From: an uncultured delta proteobacterium
Lineage (GTDB): Bacteria > Desulfobacterota > Desulfomonilia > Desulfomonilales > Desulfomonilaceae
Direction of reading: 5' to 3'
NCBI GenBank assembly: GCA_963846725.1
Contig: CAWJXP010000037.1
Coordinates: 1-64,000, forward strand
Length of the DNA: 64,000 bases
Each line of letters begins with the position of its first letter. Position 1 is the stretch's first letter. Positions 10,792-19,976 of the stretch are shown here, piece after piece. Position numbers and translations under genes: made by a program. The notes beneath the pieces were generated by a model. The model saw only the letters and a program-made list of their open reading frames with translations, was not told the origin of the DNA and ran no database searches.

Positions 10792-11400
10792 ATGATGGAA
10801 ATGGGTAAGCTTATTTTGGCTTTTGCTCCGTGGCTCGCGTTCTGGTTCATCTCAGGCCCTTCTATCCTTCGGCTCTATATTGCGCTTTTTGTAGCAGCGG
10901 CTTTGGTCATTATCATGGCCATCACCAAACTTCACAAGGGAGCAATCCTGTGGGCCGGCTATGTATTCTTTTCTTTTGCGCTGGTCACCGTTGTCTGGCT
11001 CAAGAACATGTGGGTCATCCATCATCTTGGTGTCCTAGCCTCTGGCACTCTCTTTCTGGCCACTCAACTTTCGATGCTCTTTGGACGGCCGTTTACAGAA
11101 AATTACGCAAGAGAACACGTTCCCAAAGAATTGTGGAATTCTTCTTCCTTTATCCGGAGTTGCATTGTAACCACATCGGCATGGTCATTTGTTTTTTTGG
11201 CAAATACTGTGGTCAATGTTGTCCGTCTCAACTACCCTAACGTGACCGAATGGCCTTTCAGGGCGTCGGAATATTTGTTTGTAGCCATGGGCATTATCTT
11301 TACCAGTGTCTACTCGCAGCACGTTAGACGGAAACGTGTAGAAGAGTCGACGACAATGGATGATAGACAAATTACCGACAACTCAACTACAGCCAACTAA
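10792..11400 (+). CDS. hypothetical polytopic membrane protein
   Basis: Five or six predicted hydrophobic helices. No recognisable motif. Confidence 0.5.
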   Translation: MMEMGKLILAFAPWLAFWFISGPSILRLYIALFVAAALVIIMAITKLHKGAILWAGYVFFSFALVTVVWLKNMWVIHHLGVLASGTLFLATQLSMLFGRPFTENYAREHVPKELWNSSSFIRSCIVTTSAWSFVFLANTVVNVVRLNYPNVTEWPFRASEYLFVAMGIIFTSVYSQHVRRKRVEESTTMDDRQITDNSTTAN

Positions 11401-11496
11401 ATTTGTCTCCTGCAAATGAAAATGGGCATCACGACGAAACGAGTTTCGATCATTGGCGTAACGTCGGTGGCTCATTGCGCCATTTTTTGAAACGAC

Positions 11497-12774
11497 CTAG
11501 TCCACACTTCCTAGAATGAGATGGTACCCGATACCAAGTATGGCGCTACATCCTATGGTTTTGATGACGCTCAACTTGAAGCGGAAAATGGCCAACACGG
11601 CAAAGACGGCTATGAATATCGACGGAATGTTGATCGAACTCCAAACAGGAATCTGCAAATGGACCCCAGGAATATGAACATCCCGCAGAGAAGCAAAGAC
11701 AGTATGCAGTGCGAACCACACAGCCAGGTTGAGAACTACTCCAACTATGGCTGCCGTTATAGAAGACATTGCAGCGTGTAGAGATTTGTTGCCCCTCAGT
11801 GTCTCAACGTAAGGTCCTCCCACGAGGACCCAGAGGTAACAGGGAACAAATGTAGCCCATGTGGTAATTGTGGCTCCGAGGGCCCCTGCAATCATTGGAT
11901 GCAGCTCGCCAGGGTTCCGGAAGGCTGCAAGGAATCCTACAAACGGCAACACCAGAATGAGGGGTCCGGGGGTAGTCTCCGCAAGTCCAAGCCCATCCAG
12001 CATCTCTCCAGGCGTGAGCCAGCCATAGTTTTCTACGGCTTGCTGGGCAACGTAGGCGAGAACGGCGTACGCCCCGCCGAAGGTTACTACAGCAGCTTTG
12101 CTGAAGAATATAGCCTGCTCAAAATAAACGCTTTTAGATCCCAGGAATATCAGAATGGCGGCTATGGGGCTGAACCATAAAATCGTCCAGACAAGAGCCA
12201 CGGTGAAAGTCCTTGACGCCGAAGGTATCATATGTTCCGACGGTTGTCGCTCGAGAACTGAATCCAGGAGTGGAGAATCACAGGGATCCGGGTTCGTTGC
12301 ATGCCCCTGATTTGCAGAGAATAAATCCGGCCTAACGCGACCTCCCACGTATCCTATGATGGCCGCTGAGACAACAATTAATGGGAACGGAGCGTCAAAA
12401 AGGAAGATTCCGACAAAGGACAGCCCCGCCAGCATTACTGTGAGTCGGTTTTTTAACACCCTTTTTCCTATGCGCACGACAGCCTCTATTACAACTGCCA
12501 GAACAGCCGGTTTTAGGCCGAAGAAAAGCCATTGCACGACGCTCAGGTCTTGATACCCTGCATACAGGACGCTTAAGATCAAGATGGAAATGAACCCTGG
12601 GATGATAAAGAGCGTTCCGGCTACGATTCCACCTGGAATTCTATGCAGGAGCCAGCCAATGTATATGGCTAGCTGCTGCGCCTCAGGGCCGGGAAGGAGC
12701 ATGCAGTAATTCAGGGCATGGAGAAAACGGCTCTCACTTATCCAGCGTTTCTCTTCAACCAGATATCTGTGCAT
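11497..12774 (-). CDS. chrA: chromate ion transporter (long-form ChrA, duplicated CHR domains)
   Basis: HALNYCMLLPGPEAQQLAIYIGW and a second repeat half (ETTPGPLILVLPFVGF). Multi-TM protein of about 425 aa. Confidence 0.8.
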   Translation of the reverse strand: MHRYLVEEKRWISESRFLHALNYCMLLPGPEAQQLAIYIGWLLHRIPGGIVAGTLFIIPGFISILILSVLYAGYQDLSVVQWLFFGLKPAVLAVVIEAVVRIGKRVLKNRLTVMLAGLSFVGIFLFDAPFPLIVVSAAIIGYVGGRVRPDLFSANQGHATNPDPCDSPLLDSVLERQPSEHMIPSASRTFTVALVWTILWFSPIAAILIFLGSKSVYFEQAIFFSKAAVVTFGGAYAVLAYVAQQAVENYGWLTPGEMLDGLGLAETTPGPLILVLPFVGFLAAFRNPGELHPMIAGALGATITTWATFVPCYLWVLVGGPYVETLRGNKSLHAAMSSITAAIVGVVLNLAVWFALHTVFASLRDVHIPGVHLQIPVWSSINIPSIFIAVFAVLAIFRFKLSVIKTIGCSAILGIGYHLILGSVD

Positions 12775-13133
12775 AACCGCTATCTGGCCGACAGGACCAC
12801 CAAAACTGTTAAAAGCGACGTTGACCCATACCCGGAACGCTTCCCTAAAAGAAGGAGCGATCCTTGGCGTGCCTTCACAGACGTTCTCTTCATCTACATC
12901 CGGGGCGCTATGTCGTTTGTGTCAATCCACACCTTCCGTTTCGTGTAGCGTGCAGGATAGTCTCCGACTAAGTCTTTGGCTCCTGCGATTCGTGCCAGGC
13001 CAGACAGAATTCCAGAAAACTCATAAAGGCCTTGAGGACCTCTGTTGGCATGAGGTTTCTACGTGACAATCATATTAATTTATGATCCAATTCATTACAT
13101 AAAGATATCCAGTCAGGCAAGTGGAGTCGACCA

Positions 13134-13736
13134 ATGGACACGTGGTGGGAGGGAATCTCTACCCTGAACAAGGTTTTCGTGTGCTCCGCTGTTGTATTTT
13201 CCCTTCTTTTTATATGGCAGTTAATAATGACGCTTTGGGGTGTGGATTCTCATGGCGCCGACCATATAGGGGGCGCCGGCTTAAGCGTTGGGGTGGAAGC
13301 TCCGGGCCACCCTGGAACGCACGATTTTAGCGGAGACGCTTTTACATTAATTTCCACCCGATCCATCCTGGCGTTCGGCACGCTTTTCAGTTGGGCCGGC
13401 GCAATCTACCTGGCTGGTGGAACCCCGATTTTACTCACACTGTTATATAGCTTTGCCTGGGGGGCTATAGCGATGCTTGGGGTCTCACTGATTCTCTATT
13501 TTCTTTTGAGGATGCAGGAACAGGGGAATGTTTCAGTTTCCTGGGCGCTCGGTGAGAAAGGGACGGTTTATATCAACATTCCCGAGAACGGGACCGGTAA
13601 AATTCGAGTGATGACAAGGGGCGTTATGAGCGTCATAAATGCGCGAAGCTCTGATGGATCCCCTATAATGGCGGGAGCAAGAGTAAAGGTCATCAATGTT
13701 GTGAACCAGAACACTGTAGAGGTCATCGAACAATAG
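13134..13736 (+). CDS. NfeD-like membrane protein (short form with C-terminal OB-fold)
   Basis: N-terminal TM helices plus a C-terminal GKIRV...G..V.V..V beta-barrel motif. It lies immediately upstream of an SPFH/flotillin gene, the canonical nfeD-floT pair. Confidence 0.7.
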   Translation: MDTWWEGISTLNKVFVCSAVVFSLLFIWQLIMTLWGVDSHGADHIGGAGLSVGVEAPGHPGTHDFSGDAFTLISTRSILAFGTLFSWAGAIYLAGGTPILLTLLYSFAWGAIAMLGVSLILYFLLRMQEQGNVSVSWALGEKGTVYINIPENGTGKIRVMTRGVMSVINARSSDGSPIMAGARVKVINVVNQNTVEVIEQ

Positions 13737-13755
13737 AATCCGGAGGTAGAGTAAA

Positions 13756-15264
13756 ATGAGCGCTGCAATAATTATTACCACAATTCTGTTTGTTGTCTTT
13801 ATATCCGTTTTATGGGCATTGAGTTCACGATACCAGCGCTGTCCCGCCAACCGTATTCTGGTCATTTTCGGGAAAACCGGCCAAGGCGCAGCCAAGTGTA
13901 TTCATGGCGGAGCGGCTTTTGTATGGCCATTGTTTCAGGATTACGCCTGGTTGGATCTAGAGCCGTTCGTTGTTCCTATTGATTTGAACAATGCGCTCTC
14001 ACAGGAAAATATCCGGGTTTCGGTTCCAACTTCGGTAACCGTGGCAATAAGCACAGAAGAAGGCATCATGCAAAACGCCTCAATCAGATTACTCGGCCAG
14101 GGTATAGAGGAAGTGAAGGCGCAGGCGCAAAGCGTTATATTAGGTCAAATGCGTCAGGTGATGGCCACCATGAGGATAGAAGAAATCAATCGGGATCGCC
14201 AGGCGTTCATGACGAAAGTAAATGAATCCTTGTCGGTAGAACTTGAAAAGATAGGGCTTTCCGTAATCAACGTTAACATCAAGGATATTGAAGACGACAG
14301 CGGATACATAAAGGCTCTTGGACGAAAAGCCGCGGCTGAAGCTGTTAATCAGGCGCTGGTTGACGTCGCGGAGCAGGAAAAAAATGGCACTATTGGGGTG
14401 GCGGAGAGGCAACGTGATCAGAAACGAGCGGTGGCCGCTGCGAATGCCGCTGCTGCCGTAGGTGAGGCTGAAGCGGAAAGAGACCGCCGAAAAGCTCTTG
14501 CGGCCGCTGACGCCGAGGCTTCCGTAGGCGAGGCTGAAGCCAGCCGTAATCGCAGACAGAAGGTTTCTCTGCTGGAAGCTGAGGCTGTAAACGTCGAAGC
14601 TCAGGCCAGCGCTTCCGTAGCGAATTTTCAAGCTACCCGGAAGGTCGCCGAAGAGGAAGCCAGATCCAAAGGTCAAAGCGCATCCGTTCAGGCGGATGGC
14701 GCGATCCGGGTTGCTGAACAGGATGCGCAGCGGCAGGCTGAAGAAGCCCGGGCAAGGCGTGAACAGGCACGTCTGAACGCTGAAATTGTAGTTTTTGCCG
14801 AAGCTGAAAAACAGAAAGCAATATTGGAGGCCGAAGCTTTACGGCAGAAAAGCGTGTTAATTGCAAAAGGGGAAGCCGAAGGCACGATAGCTCGCATGCA
14901 GGCTGAAGCGCAAGGCGTCAAATCTCAACTCGATTCAAAGGCCGAAGGTTATAAGGCCCTGGTCGAGGCATGCAGCGCCGACCCGCAATTAACAGCGTCT
15001 CTGCTTCTCATAGAGAAGCTGACTGAACTTATGCAAATTCAGGCGAATGCAATTAAAAACCTGCCAATTGAGAAGGTCATGGTCTGGGATGGTGGTGGTG
15101 AAGGCGGACTGAGTGATCTTGGCAAGCGTTTCATGGGAGTTCTTCCTCCAATACATGAATTAGCCCGGATTGCGGGATTGGAACTGCCGGAGTTCCTTGG
15201 CAAGGCAACCCGGAAACCGGCGGATGAATCCTCAGAAAAAGAAATTGTCGATCGACACTTATAG
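13756..15264 (+). CDS. flotillin-like SPFH/band-7 protein (FloA/YqiK-like)
   Basis: N-terminal TM segment, SPFH domain, a long Ala/Glu-rich coiled-coil with an internal ~60-nt tandem repeat (AAVGEAEAERDRR / AEASVGEAEASRNRR), and a C-terminal flotillin tail. Confidence 0.8.
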   Translation: MSAAIIITTILFVVFISVLWALSSRYQRCPANRILVIFGKTGQGAAKCIHGGAAFVWPLFQDYAWLDLEPFVVPIDLNNALSQENIRVSVPTSVTVAISTEEGIMQNASIRLLGQGIEEVKAQAQSVILGQMRQVMATMRIEEINRDRQAFMTKVNESLSVELEKIGLSVINVNIKDIEDDSGYIKALGRKAAAEAVNQALVDVAEQEKNGTIGVAERQRDQKRAVAAANAAAAVGEAEAERDRRKALAAADAEASVGEAEASRNRRQKVSLLEAEAVNVEAQASASVANFQATRKVAEEEARSKGQSASVQADGAIRVAEQDAQRQAEEARARREQARLNAEIVVFAEAEKQKAILEAEALRQKSVLIAKGEAEGTIARMQAEAQGVKSQLDSKAEGYKALVEACSADPQLTASLLLIEKLTELMQIQANAIKNLPIEKVMVWDGGGEGGLSDLGKRFMGVLPPIHELARIAGLELPEFLGKATRKPADESSEKEIVDRHL

Positions 15265-15673
15265 ACAAACCACCTCACTTCGAGATTTTGTAGAGCAGCG
15301 ATTCTTTGTTGTTCGAAAATTGTCGCCGGCTTCTTTTTGGACCGGTTTCTTTCATGAAACAGGTCCATCACTAAAGCTACTGCAATCACTCTATAAAATT
15401 TATTGACGCAATACATAAAGACTTGACATGGTTTTTATATAAGTGGTATTCGTACGTTGCCTTATGTCAGAAGGGACATAAGCGCCTTGATAGAAGAGGC
15501 CGCAGGCAAATCCGGTTCATAAAAGAACACGGGTATTAGTCACTTAACTAAGCATCAACCGGAATATTGTCGGTAAAGAATAGTTCTGGCGATAAAAAAG
15601 CGGGAGTTAACATTTCTATGGTTGAAGACGCGCTCATGAGCGTGTCGCAAGTCGACTGAAAGGGATAACAAAC

Positions 15674-17650
15674 ATGAGATACGCAGAGACCGGATTTAAT
15701 CTGGAAATAGATCTGGCCCGAGGAAGCATAGAGAGGGTGGCGACGGACCCAAAATTGACGGAACTTCATCTCGGGGGTTTGGGTACCAGCGTCAAGATGC
15801 ACTGGGATAGAGTTCCCCCTGAGACTAAAGCGTTTGATCCTGAAAATTTACTGATAATAAGCTCTGGTCTTCTCAACGGCACCCCGGCTTTTAGCGCTAA
15901 CCGTACCCTGGTTACTTTCGTTTCCCCGCAGTCGGATTTTCTGGCGTACCCCATGATGGGTGGATTCTTTGGCGCGGAATTGAAATATGCCGGTTATGAC
16001 AAAGTGGTCTTTCGCAATAAGTCCCCCAAGTTGGTCTATATATGGATAAAAAATGACAAAGTAGAAATCCGTGACGCCTCTCATTTGAAGGGCAAGGGGG
16101 CTCTTGAAACTCAAGATCTTATAAGGGAGGAACTGAACGAGCCGAGAGCCCAGGTGGCCGCTATTGGACTGGCGGGTGAAAATCGGGTTTTCACGGCTTC
16201 CATCGAGCAAAGCAGGTCTAGCGCCAGCAGACTTGGCGGAGGCGCAGTGATGGGCGACAAAAACATAAAGGCCGTCGCTGTTCGTGGAACCAAAGACCTT
16301 TATCTTGCCCGAGGCGACGAATTCATGGACCATATGGCTAAGGTGACGGAATATATAAATTTCCGAAACACAAACCCGATTCCGGACGTTATGACTATTT
16401 TGTCAGGGATTGGGTCGCCACAGGAAATGAAACATACCGATGAGAAGTGGCATACTGAAAACTTCATGTGGGGTAATGCACGCACCAGGAGAAGAGACTT
16501 CTGGAGCAAGCCGAATGAAGAGAATTGGACTACAACTCAATTAACCGCCATCCAACGCTTGATAAGCTGTTTCAACTGTCCACAACAGTGCGGAGCCCTG
16601 GTGTCATCCGAGGTGGCCGGCGGCAGGAAATTCATGATGAAATGCTTTGGAAAACTCACATATTCCATGGCAGCCTATGTGGACGATCTTCGCTTCAACT
16701 TTAAAATCCTTGAACGCGCCACTGAATATGGGGTGGACTCATTTTCCACTCCGCAGATCCTGGCATTCGCTGTTGAACTCTATGAAGCGGGGATTCTGAC
16801 TGACAAGGACTTCAAAGGATGTCCCTCTGATAAGGAGGGGAGATTTTTCTGGTTACTTGACCGGGTAGCCCGACGGGAAGGAATCGGAGATATTCTGGCT
16901 GACGGCGTTTATTTCGCGGCTCGAAAAATTGGCAACGGGGCGGAAAAATTTGATCATAATACGATCAAGAAACACGAGCAACTTCCCCTCAAGCTGGGAA
17001 TGTTGGATCCCATCTATTTCCTTATGTATTCCACGAACGAGAAGATAAGCATTACCCAAATTGAAGGGAATTTTCCACAGGCGGCTTTTCCCACGAGAGA
17101 ACAGAGAGAATCGTTTGTAAGGGATTGGCCCCAGGTTCCAAACGAAAAATTTAAACAATACGTTATGGATTGGGAACCAAGGGGAGACAACGCGATCCCG
17201 TATTTTCCAACTCCAGATATGTGCTGTGAAATTGTGGATTGGATGGAGATGCTGCACAATATTGATGACGCCCTGGGATTGTGCGCCGGGATGGCGTCAT
17301 TTTGTCTGAAGCCTCCATATCATATACACAACTACCCATTACTTATCTCGGCAGCGACGGGGATGGACCTGGATGAAGCTGGATTAAAAAAGATCGTCAA
17401 CAGGAGTCGGAACCTCCACCGTGCTTTCAACAACAAAAGAGGCATGAGGAGAGCTGATGAAAAGCCCCCTGAAGACCACTGGAAAAGAAGATTCCCTGAA
17501 CTTGAAGAACAACTTTTGTCTACATATTACAAATTTAAGGGATGGAATATGGACGGCATACCTACAAGAGAAAGATTGATGGAACTGGACCTGGGGTATG
17601 TAGCGGAAGAACTGGAAAAAAGGGGGATCTTGAAAGTTGGCCAAAATTAA
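15674..17650 (+). CDS. aor: aldehyde:ferredoxin oxidoreductase family (tungstopterin-dependent AOR), catalytic subunit
   Basis: The N-terminal AOR_N domain (LARGSIERV...GGLGTS) and the central and C-terminal AOR domains are recognisable. About 658 aa. Confidence 0.8.
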   Translation: MRYAETGFNLEIDLARGSIERVATDPKLTELHLGGLGTSVKMHWDRVPPETKAFDPENLLIISSGLLNGTPAFSANRTLVTFVSPQSDFLAYPMMGGFFGAELKYAGYDKVVFRNKSPKLVYIWIKNDKVEIRDASHLKGKGALETQDLIREELNEPRAQVAAIGLAGENRVFTASIEQSRSSASRLGGGAVMGDKNIKAVAVRGTKDLYLARGDEFMDHMAKVTEYINFRNTNPIPDVMTILSGIGSPQEMKHTDEKWHTENFMWGNARTRRRDFWSKPNEENWTTTQLTAIQRLISCFNCPQQCGALVSSEVAGGRKFMMKCFGKLTYSMAAYVDDLRFNFKILERATEYGVDSFSTPQILAFAVELYEAGILTDKDFKGCPSDKEGRFFWLLDRVARREGIGDILADGVYFAARKIGNGAEKFDHNTIKKHEQLPLKLGMLDPIYFLMYSTNEKISITQIEGNFPQAAFPTREQRESFVRDWPQVPNEKFKQYVMDWEPRGDNAIPYFPTPDMCCEIVDWMEMLHNIDDALGLCAGMASFCLKPPYHIHNYPLLISAATGMDLDEAGLKKIVNRSRNLHRAFNNKRGMRRADEKPPEDHWKRRFPELEEQLLSTYYKFKGWNMDGIPTRERLMELDLGYVAEELEKRGILKVGQN

Positions 17651-18182
17651 GAAGATAGTCAAGACAATCAAGATAGAAGCTGATAAATGCAACGGCTGTC
17701 GGGCGTGTGAGATCATCTGCTCAACGTATCATGCTACGCCCCAATACAGCAGCGTCAATCCGGCAAGGTCACGTATTCATGTGATCAGTCGTCGGCTGAA
17801 AAACATCTGGCTTCCGGTATTCGCTGGTGAGTATGCGCCGGCCGAATGTATGGGCAGAGACAAATACGTGATTGACGGAAAGGAATACGACGAGTGTTCC
17901 TTTTGCAGGGCTTCATGCCCATCCAGGGACCTTTTCAAGGAACCGGATTCGGGTCTTCCTCTCAAATGCGATATGTGTCAAAGCGATCCACCACTATCGA
18001 AACCGAAATGTGTTGAGAAGTGTCTCAACAATGTGCTGATCTATGAAGAAAGGGAAGAAGAAGTAGAGGAAGAGGTAAAGCTGGAGGACGTGGAGATAGG
18101 ACTGGAATCCATGATCGACAAGTATGGCATGCAGAAGATCGTTGATACCTTTTCCAGGATGACGGCGTCAAAAAGGGGCTAA
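17637..18182 (+). CDS. 4Fe-4S cluster electron-transfer subunit associated with AOR (AorA-like)
   Basis: Several Cys clusters (CNGCRACEIIC, CSFCRASCP, CDMCQ...C..KC). Overlaps the AOR stop by 14 nt. Confidence 0.7.
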   Translation: MAKIKKIVKTIKIEADKCNGCRACEIICSTYHATPQYSSVNPARSRIHVISRRLKNIWLPVFAGEYAPAECMGRDKYVIDGKEYDECSFCRASCPSRDLFKEPDSGLPLKCDMCQSDPPLSKPKCVEKCLNNVLIYEEREEEVEEEVKLEDVEIGLESMIDKYGMQKIVDTFSRMTASKRG

Positions 18183-18222
18183 CACGGTTCGCAGTTTCAC
18201 GTTTGTTCGAAAAGGGGTAGGA

Positions 18223-18915
18223 GTGAGCGTAAGAATCAGAAATAATTTATGGCAAGTCGGCGGAACAGGGCTCACTGATCCCTCGGACGCCGCCTCTTAC
18301 CTACTAAGGTTTGGCGACAAAGCAGTTCTCATAGATGCCGGAAGTGGGCGAGGTCAAGCGCAATTGATAAAAAACATTGCCGAATGCCTGGAACCCGACG
18401 CTCAACTCGAATACCTACTATTGACTCACTGTCACTTCGATCACACCGGTGGAGCCAACGCAGTGAGAGAGGAATACGGATGCCGAATCGTGGCTCATGA
18501 GTTGGATGCGACCTATCTCGAATCAGGCGACAACCGTGTGACTGCGGCAGCGCTCTATGGAGCCCGCCTCCGGCCATTTTCCATTGATATCAAATTACAG
18601 GGTCAAGAATCGAAACTCGCTATTGGAGACGGCGCCGTGACAGCCATTCACTGCCCGGGCCACTCTCCTGGTTCGGTCGTGTATACTACAGACATTGACG
18701 GTCAACTTGTTCTTTTTGGGCAAGACGCGCACGGTCCGATCCATTCGGAATTCCTTTCTGATGAAAAACAGTATCTGGATTCGTTGGCAAGACTTCTAAG
18801 CCTGGAGGCCGATCTTCTTCTCGAAGGCCATTTTGGCGTCATCGAAACAAAACAAGAGGTTCGAGAATTTATTGAGTCTTGCATAACCCCATCTCCGCAA
18901 CCATGTCGGTGCTAG
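18223..18915 (+). CDS. MBL-fold metallo-hydrolase, copy 1 (GTG start)
   Basis: HCHFDHTGG metal-binding motif, downstream His/Asp (HCPGHSPGS, EGHFG), and a C-terminal CITPSPQPCRC tail. Confidence 0.75.
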   Translation: MSVRIRNNLWQVGGTGLTDPSDAASYLLRFGDKAVLIDAGSGRGQAQLIKNIAECLEPDAQLEYLLLTHCHFDHTGGANAVREEYGCRIVAHELDATYLESGDNRVTAAALYGARLRPFSIDIKLQGQESKLAIGDGAVTAIHCPGHSPGSVVYTTDIDGQLVLFGQDAHGPIHSEFLSDEKQYLDSLARLLSLEADLLLEGHFGVIETKQEVREFIESCITPSPQPCRC

Positions 18916-19069
18916 TAACAAATCAGGTCGGCTAAAGGAACGGTTTGGCGTTTGTGGGACCGTCAGTGAACGTTCCGGATGATGGCATGTTAATGGGTAA
19001 GCCTTTGGTGTTGGTATTATCTCCGGTGAACTGAACAATATGATTGCGCCGAACAAATAGGAGTTCGGA

Positions 19070-19853
19070 GTGAGTGTAAGAATCAGGAACAATCTATGGC
19101 ACGTGGGCGGGAACGGCCTGACTGATCCATCTGACGCAGACATCTACCTTGTAAGGTTCGGCGACAAAGCTGCTCTCATAGACGCCGGAAGTGGTAGAGG
19201 TCACGCCCGATTGATAAAAAACATTGCCGAATGCCTGGAACCGAGCGTGCAACTCGAATACCTACTACTGACTCACTGTCACTTCGATCACACCGGTGGC
19301 GCCAAGGCAGTGAGAGACGAATACGGCTGCCGAATCGTGGCGCATGAGTTGGATGCGATCTATCTCGAATCAGGCGACAACCGTGTGATTGGAGCCTCCT
19401 GGTATGGGGCCCAACTCGAACCCTTCACCATAGACATCAAATTGCAGGGTCAGGAATCGAAACTTGACGTCGGCAGACGGCGCCGTGACAGCCATTCACT
19501 GCCCGGGCCACTCCCCTGGTTCGCTCGTGTTTACTACATGCGTTGACGGTGAACTCATTCTTTTCGGTCAGGACATCCACGGCCCGCTCCATTCGGAATT
19601 TCTGTCTGATGAAAAACAGTATCTGGATTCTTTGACAAGACTTATAAACCTGGATGCCGATCTTCTTCTCGAAGGCCATTTTGGCGTTATCGAGCCAAAA
19701 CACGAGGTTCGTCAATTTATCGAGTATTGGAGATCTCCGCTGGGAGTTTCTCATTACGCTATTTTGTACGCTCCGGATGGTTGGGTGGAAAGCAAAAAAA
19801 ATGAAACCACTTCCGGTCGTCAAGTGTCTGACACGCCAGAGGAAATTAAGTGA
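19070..19853 (+). CDS. MBL-fold metallo-hydrolase, copy 2. Tandem paralogue of copy 1 with a 1-nt insertion near 19466.
   Basis: Over most of its length it is an ~85-90% nucleotide-identical paralogue of 18223-18915. The reading frame breaks where copy 1 has ggagacggcgcc and copy 2 has ggcagacggcgcc. The C-terminal tail differs. Confidence 0.7.
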
Positions 19854-19976
19854 CATTCCAATTGTTGGTGGAAACGTTTCGGAAATTGGACTGCGCCAAT
19901 GGGCCAGGCTCTAGCCTTGCGGAATAGGCGACCCGGTATGAGCGCCGGCTATCACGGCGCTTATTGTTGAGGTTCT

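Larger units (their letters stand above)
18200..19860 (+). repeat. tandem direct duplication (~0.85 kb units) carrying two paralogous MBL-fold genes
   Basis: The two units align along most of their length with about 85-90% nucleotide identity, including the RBS/GTG start context (ggagtgagcgtaagaatcag versus ggagtgagtgtaagaatcag). Confidence 0.7.

Noticed and set aside
12718-13066. Two overlapping plus-strand ORFs in the chrA-nfeD divergent spacer.
   Set aside because: They overlap the chrA 5' end and promoter region and have no motifs or RBS. Treated as spurious.
14140-14676. Long antisense ORFs inside conserved genes (14140-14676 minus within the flotillin gene, 15848-16333 minus within AOR, 21366-22052 minus within MES, 46478-46870 plus within gdhA, 47803-48366 plus within hypE).
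   Set aside because: They are shadow ORFs opposite well-supported genes and have no motifs. They are probably non-coding.
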